Positions 57,275-64,000 of a stretch of 64,000 nucleotides of DNA are shown piece by piece. The position numbers and the translations under genes are program-made. Source of the DNA: Gemmatimonadota bacterium (GTDB lineage: Bacteria > Gemmatimonadota > Gemmatimonadetes > Palauibacterales > Palauibacteraceae); the NCBI GenBank assembly GCA_036476995.1, contig JAZGCO010000021.1, forward strand, positions 8,085 to 72,084, read 5' to 3'. Under the pieces are notes generated by a model. That model searched no databases. It saw nothing but the letters and a program-made list of their open reading frames with translations, and had not been told where the DNA came from. Within the stretch, counting starts at the first letter, position 1. The number at the start of each line of letters is the position of its first letter.

Positions 57275-57931
57275 TCAAGTTGCTAGTAGTGCCTTCACAT
57301 CACGTGCGAGTGCCAGGGCCGTAGCCCGCGCCGCCTCGACACGGCGATCCACCCTTGACGCTTCCGCGTCCATGATCGCTTCGACCCGATCTACGGTGTC
57401 GTCCACCGTTTCGTTGATCACCATGTAGTCAAATTCCTCGACAGCCGCCAACTCCGAGAGCGCTGTTTCCAGCCTTTTCCTAAGGCTCTCGGTATCCTCG
57501 GATCGTCGTCCCTTGAGCCGCTTCACAACGCTCTCCGCATCCGGAGGCAGGAAGAATACGCTGACCGCGTCCGGGCACAGCGTACTCATGGCTCGCATCC
57601 CCTGAACGTCAATGTCGAGCAGAAGATGCACCCCATCCTCTTTCGCCGCATCCAGGTCGCTCAACGGCGTACCATACAGCTCTCCGTGCACCGTTGCCCA
57701 CTCCAACAGTTCCCCCTGCTGGATCATCCTTTCAAACTCGTCCCGAGACAGAAACCGGTAGTCCTTCCCGTCTGTCTCGTCATGCCGCCGCCTACGCGTT
57801 GTGGCTGACACCGAAAACCGGACGTCGCTTCGCCGTGCCTCCAGCGCCCGGCCAACCGTAGTCTTACCCCCACCCGACGGACCGACAAGCACCATCGGGA
57901 AACTGTTCGACCCGCCAAGCGATTCTGTCAC
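57275..57931 (-). CDS. gmk: Guanylate kinase
   Basis: GPSGGGKTT, SVSATTR, DGKDYRF, YGTP, LDIDVQG and FDYMVIN motifs. Confidence 0.98.
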   Translation of the reverse strand: MTESLGGSNSFPMVLVGPSGGGKTTVGRALEARRSDVRFSVSATTRRRRHDETDGKDYRFLSRDEFERMIQQGELLEWATVHGELYGTPLSDLDAAKEDGVHLLLDIDVQGMRAMSTLCPDAVSVFFLPPDAESVVKRLKGRRSEDTESLRKRLETALSELAAVEEFDYMVINETVDDTVDRVEAIMDAEASRVDRRVEAARATALALARDVKALLAT

Positions 57932-58812
57932 TCCACGTTCTCGATCTGCTCGCGAATACTCTCCAACTCATTCTTCATATGGACGACCAGCTTCGCGATG
58001 TCCGCGTCGTTGGCCTTCGCACCGATCGTGTTGATCTCTCGAAGCAACTCCTGGCCGAAAAACCCGAGTCGCTTTCCCACTGGCTCGGCATCCGGCTCGG
58101 CGAGCAGCTCGGCCATACCGCTCAGATGGGACCGCGCGCGAACCTGCTCTTCGTCGATGTCCCACCGATCGGCGATGAATGCAATCTCTCGCGCGATTCG
58201 GTCCTCGTCCATAGCGGGTCCAGGCACCAGCTCGGCTACCGCTCGCCGCAGTCTATCCCGCTCGGTCTCCAGTCGGACCGGCGCCTGCTCCGCCACCTTG
58301 GCGAGAGCCTCGCCAATGGCGCTGAACCGCGAGCTGAGGTCGGCTTCGAGCCGGTCGCCCTCGCGGGTTCGCATGCCCACCAGCTCCTCCAGGGCTTGAT
58401 CCGCTGCCTCCACCAGGCACTCGACTGAAACGTCCTGGCCGGACAGCGGTGGAGCCTCAGAAAACCAGCGATCCCAGGAGGCTATGGCTGCCACGTCCAC
58501 ATCCCCCGCCAAACCCAGATCCTCCTTGAGCCTGCGCAGCGCCGCCACATACGACTCAGCCCTGTCCTCATCGACCGCGAACTGCGCAACGCCGCCTTGG
58601 CCGGCCACAATCCGTACGTGGACGTCCACGTAGCCGCGGCTGATATTGACGCCGACCCGCGCCTTCAGCGGCTCTTCCCATTCCGCGGCTCCTCCCGGAA
58701 GGCGCATGTTGAGCTTCAGGTGCCGCGAGTTCAAAGACCTCATCTCCACCTCGATCGTTCCGGAATCGATCGAGGCCGACCCTGAGCCGAATCCCGTCAT
58801 GCTTCGAATCAT
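57928..58812 (-). CDS. yicC: YicC/YloC family endoribonuclease
   Basis: MIRSMTGFG, RSLNSR, DIDEEQVR, GKRLGF..QELLREINTIGAK and EQIENVE motifs. Confidence 0.96.
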   Translation of the reverse strand: MIRSMTGFGSGSASIDSGTIEVEMRSLNSRHLKLNMRLPGGAAEWEEPLKARVGVNISRGYVDVHVRIVAGQGGVAQFAVDEDRAESYVAALRRLKEDLGLAGDVDVAAIASWDRWFSEAPPLSGQDVSVECLVEAADQALEELVGMRTREGDRLEADLSSRFSAIGEALAKVAEQAPVRLETERDRLRRAVAELVPGPAMDEDRIAREIAFIADRWDIDEEQVRARSHLSGMAELLAEPDAEPVGKRLGFFGQELLREINTIGAKANDADIAKLVVHMKNELESIREQIENVE

Positions 58813-58823
58813 ATCTGGCCGTC

Positions 58824-58832
58824 AGTATAGCA
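58824..58832 (-). promoter_or_regulatory. Extended -10 element just upstream of yicC
   Basis: TG-C-TATACT ending 11 nt before the yicC ATG; no Shine-Dalgarno in between. Confidence 0.5.
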
Positions 58833-58870
58833 ATTTCGGTTTGCATACGCCCCGCCGTGCCCACGCCCGC

Positions 58871-60730
58871 TCAATTGGTAAACTCCCACTTGATCCCAAA
58901 GGCCTGCTGGGTGGTTGGATACGGTATGCCGGGCACGTCCTCGATAGCCGCCTGACGAAGGTTTCCGGCTCGCCACCAGATTCTAGCTTCGAGAAGCCGG
59001 ACCATCAGGTTGAACGAAACATCTGTGGCCGCGCCGGTCTGGACGAAACTCGTCGGATCTACGGCGGTGGCAAAGGTGAAGACAGCGTCCCGCTGATTCA
59101 GCCCCAGACCCAGCCGCAGTTCAAGGTTGCCCTCAAAAAACTCGTTTTGAAAGAAGGCCTCCCCGGCAATTCGGTTGCGCGGAACGTAGACGGCTGGACC
59201 GCCGGACCGCAAAGACGAAAAACGGTACGCGCCTCTCACGCGGATGGGCGGCAAACCTCCGATGAGCCATCCAATAGGCAGAATCGGGCCCTCGACCGCC
59301 GTTTCGAAGGTGACGATCTCTAGCGCCGGCGCGGCGACAGAGACAGAATCCAGCACTGTGCCAAACGGTAGCTGTCGGCTCAGGTTCAAGTATTCTACCC
59401 GTTCCTGCAGGTGCCATGGACCCAGCCGCCCCTCTACGTATCCAGCCAGCGCATCGAAGTCCGCCGTATCTGCCACGCCGGCCGCTGCGTACGGAACGGC
59501 CCGCGTGCCTGTCGCGACCTGGATCCCCATTCCGGCCGATAAAGGAAGCACCGAATGCAGCGATAGGGCGCCCTGCACCTGGGTCGTCGAGAACCCGTCC
59601 CAAACGTCGCTCTTGGCGGCTACGTCCAGGGTAAGCCCGGTAAGTGGCCGCAGTCCGAGCCTCCCGGACAGCTGGGACGACGGAAACGGCGAATCCCCGG
59701 ATAGGAGCAGACGCAGGTGCCCGTACGCCAGGCCCGACACGAGCGCCAGCTCGGTGCCGACACGTTGGACACCGCTCAAGACAGAATCCGAACCGGCAAC
59801 CGTCTCCGAGAGCCTGCGGTCCGACCAGTACGCTTGAGCCTGCACATTCGGCCCTACGTTCTTCCGGACACCCAACACGAATTCCCTCAGATTCCGCTCG
59901 GCACCGCCCAGCAACGCCGGTGTGTTCGACTGGCTGTGCACCTCCGCCGCCAGGCCCAGCGATCGGTCGCCGGGGTTCCACCCGATCCGTCCGCGGAAAT
60001 CGAAGCGATCGTCCTCCTGCAGAAAGGCCTGTGTATTAACCACGTCGAACGAGGCGACAACGGCGAAATTGCTCCCCAGGCCGTTGGCGAATGAGCCACG
60101 CACGATACCGAGGCCGGGAGAACCCGTCGCGGCGTCTATCCGCGAATAGGCCCGTGACTGAGAGCGGCGCAGAGTGGTCAGTTCGACGCTGATACCTGCG
60201 GCACCGCGTACCACACGCACCCGTTCCAGGGCCCCGAGAGGATACCGGGCCAGATCCACCTGACGTCCTTCCAGGGGCAGAACGTCACGTCCGTCCACAC
60301 GTAGGCTCAGGAACGGAGCTCCCGCGGCGCCCAGCGTGGCGTGATGGGGGCCTCCGTAGAATCCGGCTCGCACTGGCGTGAGACCGGGGACCATTTCTGA
60401 CAACACGCCCAGCAGCGTGATCGAATTGGACTCCAGAAGGCGGCGCCGGTCCCACTCCACAACGCCGCCCGCCATCTCCGGCAGCTCCAGCTCAGCGGGA
60501 TACCGGGCGGGCTCACGGACTTCCTGCAGCACCGGTTCCGCGCGGACAGAGTCCGTTACAGCCAACTCGGCCAGGACTGTATCCGGTGGCACTGAATCCG
60601 GCGGCGCGGCTTCCTTCGGCACCACCCTCCTGGGCCGAACTATCTCCTGCCCCGCAACAGGCTCGGACACCGCGCCGACCAACAAAAACAGGCCGGCGAG
60701 CGCCGTGCTTGCGGCGCTTCGACACAACAT
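58871..60730 (-). CDS. TonB-dependent-receptor-like outer-membrane protein (plug + barrel)
   Basis: Signal peptide, Pro/Asp-rich linker, plug-like segment (VDGRDV...DLARYPLGALERVRVVRG), amphipathic beta strands and a C-terminal FGIKWEFTN. Start set at MLCRSA. Confidence 0.7.
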   Translation of the reverse strand: MLCRSAASTALAGLFLLVGAVSEPVAGQEIVRPRRVVPKEAAPPDSVPPDTVLAELAVTDSVRAEPVLQEVREPARYPAELELPEMAGGVVEWDRRRLLESNSITLLGVLSEMVPGLTPVRAGFYGGPHHATLGAAGAPFLSLRVDGRDVLPLEGRQVDLARYPLGALERVRVVRGAAGISVELTTLRRSQSRAYSRIDAATGSPGLGIVRGSFANGLGSNFAVVASFDVVNTQAFLQEDDRFDFRGRIGWNPGDRSLGLAAEVHSQSNTPALLGGAERNLREFVLGVRKNVGPNVQAQAYWSDRRLSETVAGSDSVLSGVQRVGTELALVSGLAYGHLRLLLSGDSPFPSSQLSGRLGLRPLTGLTLDVAAKSDVWDGFSTTQVQGALSLHSVLPLSAGMGIQVATGTRAVPYAAAGVADTADFDALAGYVEGRLGPWHLQERVEYLNLSRQLPFGTVLDSVSVAAPALEIVTFETAVEGPILPIGWLIGGLPPIRVRGAYRFSSLRSGGPAVYVPRNRIAGEAFFQNEFFEGNLELRLGLGLNQRDAVFTFATAVDPTSFVQTGAATDVSFNLMVRLLEARIWWRAGNLRQAAIEDVPGIPYPTTQQAFGIKWEFTN

Positions 60731-60731
60731 C

Positions 60732-62237
60732 TCAGTCAGCGGAACTAAGCCACTCGACGAGCAGCCGAACTCCGGCGCCGGTTGCCCCTTTGGGCTGGTA
60801 CGGCCCGACCTTTTCAGCCCAGGCGACACCTGCCATATCGAGGTGAACCCAAGGCGTCTCGTCTACGAAGTCGCGCAAGAACCATCCGGCCGTGATCGTA
60901 CCGGCGTCACGGCCGCCGCTGTTCTTGATGTCGGCGATGTCGGAGTCCAGCTGTCTTCGGTACTCAGGCCATAGCGGAAGGCGCCATACGCGTTCTCCCG
61001 TTCGCTCCCCGGCACTCTTCAGCGCCTTCGCCAGGGCGTCATCAGACGCCATCAAACCCATGGCATGCCGGCCCAGCGCGACCACGCAGGCTCCGGTCAG
61101 CGTGGCCAGATCCACGATCGCGGCGGGCTCCAGTCGGGTGGCGAAGGCCAGGGCGTCCGACAGGATCAGCCTGCCCTCGGCATCCGTATTGATCACTTCT
61201 ATGGATGTGCCGGACAGTCCGCGGATCACGTCGCCCGGCTTGAGAGCGGTACCTGACGGCAGGTTCTCGGTCGCCGGAATCAGTCCGATCACTCGGAGGG
61301 GCAGATCCAGCTCCGCCACGGCACGCATCGCTCCCAGCACCGCGGCGGCACCAGCCATGTCGTACTTCATGTCCTCCATGCCGGAAGCCGGCTTGATGGA
61401 GATTCCACCGCTGTCGAACGTCACGCCCTTTCCGACCAGAACGGTTGGCGCGCCCCCTGTACCCTGGTGTTCCAGCACGATGAAGCGAGGCTCCACTCTC
61501 GAGCCGGCTGCTACAGCTAGGAGCGATCCGAAGCCCTCTGACCTCAGTCTCTCCGGTCCCCATCCCTCGACTCTCAGGCCATACCGCTCACCCAGCTCTT
61601 GGGCTCGCTCCTCCAGGTAAGAAGGAGTAGCAATATTTCCCGGAAGAGTGACGAGCATCCGGGCGAAGTTCTGGCACTCGGCGATCGTTCGGCCACGGCC
61701 CGCGGCATCGCCGGCACTGGCAGGCTGGCCGCTGCCGAGGAAAATGACTCCGCTTTGCGGAGCGGGCGGTGAGACACGCTCAGAGCCCGGCCGGCGAAGG
61801 TCTTCGTACGCCCAATCACCCAGACAGAGTCCTTCCGCGGCGGCCTGCGCCACGGCCGGCACGTCTTCCTCGGACAGCGGCGGGATCTCTACGCCGACTG
61901 TGACCAGCGAATGGATCCGGCCGACCTGAACCGCTTTCCCCGCAACTCGGCGCGCGTTCTCAGCGTCCAGGCCTTCGCCCTCGCCGACCCCGACAGCCAG
62001 GAGATGCGGAGTCTCGGCCAAACCGGAGAAGAACAGCCGTGTCTCGCCAGCTTTGGCGCTGAATCCCGCTTCCACGAGCCGGGACAGAGGCCCGCTTAGC
62101 TCCGCGTCCAGCGCGGCCGCACGCTGGGCAAGCACCTGTCCAGGCCGAACCGGCACCGCGAGCAGCTCCACCCCGGCCGACGGGTTTGCGCCGGGCGCTA
62201 CGACCTCGATGGCGCGAGGTTCCTCGCTGTGGCTCAC
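60732..62237 (-). CDS. pepA: Leucyl aminopeptidase (M17)
   Basis: [30 protein letters not shown] and HLDMAG motifs. Confidence 0.97.
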   Translation of the reverse strand: MSHSEEPRAIEVVAPGANPSAGVELLAVPVRPGQVLAQRAAALDAELSGPLSRLVEAGFSAKAGETRLFFSGLAETPHLLAVGVGEGEGLDAENARRVAGKAVQVGRIHSLVTVGVEIPPLSEEDVPAVAQAAAEGLCLGDWAYEDLRRPGSERVSPPAPQSGVIFLGSGQPASAGDAAGRGRTIAECQNFARMLVTLPGNIATPSYLEERAQELGERYGLRVEGWGPERLRSEGFGSLLAVAAGSRVEPRFIVLEHQGTGGAPTVLVGKGVTFDSGGISIKPASGMEDMKYDMAGAAAVLGAMRAVAELDLPLRVIGLIPATENLPSGTALKPGDVIRGLSGTSIEVINTDAEGRLILSDALAFATRLEPAAIVDLATLTGACVVALGRHAMGLMASDDALAKALKSAGERTGERVWRLPLWPEYRRQLDSDIADIKNSGGRDAGTITAGWFLRDFVDETPWVHLDMAGVAWAEKVGPYQPKGATGAGVRLLVEWLSSAD

Positions 62238-63493
62238 GCAGTGACCTGTATGTGTCCGATAATGTGATCGGCGAACTCAGAGGTGCGAACCGTGGTGGCG
62301 CCTTCCATCTGTCGTTCCAGGTCGTAGGTGACGGTCTTGGCGACAATGGCCGCAATGATACCGTCGATGATGAGGATTGCCGCCTCATTCCATCCCAGAT
62401 GCTCTAACATCATGACACCGGACAGGACCAGCGATGTGGGGTTCACTTTGTCGAGGCCCGCGTACTTGGGAGCGGTCCCGTGAGTAGCCTCGAATAGCGC
62501 CATCTCGTCGCCAATGTTGGCGCCGGGCGCCATGCCCAGTCCGCCTATCTGCCCGGCACAGGCATCGGACAGGTAGTCCCCGTTCAGATTGGGAAGGGCT
62601 ATGTAATCGTACTCGCCGGGGCGCAGAAGAACCTGCTGAAACATGGCATCCGCGATTCGGTCCTTGATGACCAGCTTTCCGTCTGGAACGTTGCCGTCGT
62701 GTTTCGACCACAGATCGGCTTCCGTGATCGTCTGCTCGCCGAATCGCTCTCTCGCTACCTCGTAGCCCCATTCCCGAAAAGCACCCTCAGTGAACTTCAT
62801 GATGTTGCCCTTGTGCACCAAGGTTACCGATCCAGCACCGGCTGCCAGCGCGTCACGGATGGCCATGGCCACGAGCCGCTTGGTTCCGAACTCGGAGATC
62901 GGCTTGATACCGATCCCGCTCTTCTCGCGGATGTTCGCGCCCATTTCGGTGTTCAGGAACTCTCTCACCCGTTCCGCCTCGGGCGAGTCGGCTTCCCACT
63001 CGATACCGGCATACACGTCCTCTGTGTTTTCCCGGTATATCACTACGTCCATCATCTCGGGCTGGCGCACGGGCGACGGGGTGCCCTGCAGCCAGCGGCA
63101 AGGCCGGACACAGGCGTACAGGTCGAGGTGCTGGCGTAGAGTAACGTTGAGCGACCGAATGCCGCCGCCAACGGGAGTTGTGAGCGGACCCTTGATGGCC
63201 ACCTTGAACTCGCGTATCGCCTGCAGGGTCTCGTCCGGTAGCCAGTCGCCGGTAACCTGCATGCCCTTCTCTCCCGCAAACACCTCCATCCACTCAATCC
63301 GGCGCTGGCCGTCATACGCCGCCTCGACGGCCCCATCCAGGACCCGCACTGCGGCGCCCCAGATATCTGGCCCTATTCCGTCGCCCTCGATGAAGGGAAT
63401 GATCGGGTGATCCGGCACCGAGCGTTGACCGTCGGAGGAAACCTCGATCGCTGAGCCGGCCACAGGAATCGACACGTGCTCGTAATTCGACAT
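62234..63493 (-). CDS. icd: NADP-dependent isocitrate dehydrogenase (E. coli type)
   Basis: [44 protein letters not shown] and [10 protein letters not shown] motifs. Start set at MSNYEH after RBS GAGG. Confidence 0.98.
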   Translation of the reverse strand: MSNYEHVSIPVAGSAIEVSSDGQRSVPDHPIIPFIEGDGIGPDIWGAAVRVLDGAVEAAYDGQRRIEWMEVFAGEKGMQVTGDWLPDETLQAIREFKVAIKGPLTTPVGGGIRSLNVTLRQHLDLYACVRPCRWLQGTPSPVRQPEMMDVVIYRENTEDVYAGIEWEADSPEAERVREFLNTEMGANIREKSGIGIKPISEFGTKRLVAMAIRDALAAGAGSVTLVHKGNIMKFTEGAFREWGYEVARERFGEQTITEADLWSKHDGNVPDGKLVIKDRIADAMFQQVLLRPGEYDYIALPNLNGDYLSDACAGQIGGLGMAPGANIGDEMALFEATHGTAPKYAGLDKVNPTSLVLSGVMMLEHLGWNEAAILIIDGIIAAIVAKTVTYDLERQMEGATTVRTSEFADHIIGHIQVTA

Positions 63494-63504
63494 AGTTTCC
63501 TCTG

Positions 63505-63550
63505 AAAAAGAAAAGGGCGCGGCGCCCGGCAGTCCGGGGCGTCGCGCCCT
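63505..63550 (-). terminator. Intrinsic terminator-like hairpin immediately upstream of icd
   Basis: Minus strand AGGGCGCGACGCCCCGG-ACTG-CCGGGCGCCGCGCCCT followed by TTTCTTTTT, ending about 11 nt before the icd ATG. Confidence 0.75.
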
Positions 63551-63572
63551 AGCCACTCTCTATACGGCTGAC

Positions 63573-63827
63573 CTATCGGATGGCAGGATCCGGCTCTGCC
63601 TGCAGAAACCGGTCCATCAAATCGTCCTGGCTCATTTTCGCAAAGGATCCCTCGGGGAGGCGAATACGCTTTTGCGGCGCGTTAGGATCCGAAAAACATA
63701 CGAAAAGCACCGCCTCGACGGTGGGGTCCTTCGTCGTCTTCCCGTTCGGGTCCGGCCAGAACACGTCCCGGGAGGCCAGCCAGGCCTTCCATCGACGGCC
63801 CTCTTTATCCTTCAAATGTCTGGTCAA
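63573..63827 (-). CDS. Hypothetical protein (84 aa)
   Basis: TTG start 5 nt after GAGGTG; sequence KDKEGRRWKAW...VLFVCFSD...KRIR. No family named with confidence. Confidence 0.65.
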   Translation of the reverse strand: MTRHLKDKEGRRWKAWLASRDVFWPDPNGKTTKDPTVEAVLFVCFSDPNAPQKRIRLPEGSFAKMSQDDLMDRFLQAEPDPAIR

Positions 63828-63856
63828 TTTACACCTCAGCGCGTTGCGAAAAGCAG

Positions 63857-63865
63857 TGCTATAAT
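63857..63865 (+). promoter_or_regulatory. Extended -10 element (TG-C-TATAAT) pointing off the right end; overlaps a possible minus-strand -10
   Basis: Perfect TGnTATAAT in an AT-rich patch; TATTAT/TATAGC on the opposite strand upstream of the 84-aa gene. Confidence 0.5.
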
Positions 63866-64000
63866 AGCTCTACTGTAGCCACAAAACTTAACCTTTGGAC
63901 CACATTCTGTCCAGCGGAACGTCCGCCCTTAGTGTTGCCGACGACTTCAATCCGAGTCTTCCGGCATTCGACACCCGAACGCGACTCCTGCTCCGAAACT

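Noticed and set aside
63866-64000. Possible gene start or end at the right edge
   Set aside because: Too short to assign. Frames are open on both strands but no motif is recognisable.

Overview
High-GC bacterial chromosome segment made almost entirely of densely packed core housekeeping genes. About 64 of the 71 called CDS are on the minus strand, many joined by 4-bp ATGA/GTGA start-stop overlaps. Gene content and order suggest a Gemmatimonadota-like organism; this is inference and no search was run. Main blocks, left to right on the sequence: ostA-like/lptC/pyrG; an outer-membrane protein, nitroreductase, xerD, dedA, ispF, purE; futalosine-pathway mqnC/mqnE; fabF-acpP-fabG-fabD-rpmF-yceD; ndk-sucD-sucC-carbamate kinase-pgm; a complete nuoA-N complex I operon with fused nuoCD; a hydrolase, dcd, DUF423, an HD-GYP protein and a helical lipoprotein; mdh; moaA(pseudogene)-moaE-moaD; an aminotransferase, IHF/HU, sppA, carA, rnhA; secG-tpiA-pgk-gap; comF-aroE-phosphatase-tsaC-ispD-radA-dnaB-udg-coaBC-rpoZ-gmk-yicC; a TonB-receptor-like protein, pepA and icd. 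I found no rRNA, tRNA, CRISPR array, transposon or prophage, and no self-contained novel multi-gene system. The best leads are small-scale. (1) moaA is collapsed by a large internal deletion and has also lost its first radical-SAM Cys and its terminal Gly. (2) A Rex-type operator lies just downstream of the nuo promoter. (3) Several enzymes have non-canonical catalytic motifs: RNase HI lacking two of four carboxylates, MqnE with CX5CX2C, MqnC with a CGCAVC tail, TsaC with KGY. (4) kds and plsX-fabH genes are cleanly absent from clusters that usually hold them. (5) A bactofilin-like beta-helix appears fused to an outer-membrane barrel. Start codons were adjusted by eye from the ORF track using overlaps, RBS-like motifs and family N-termini.
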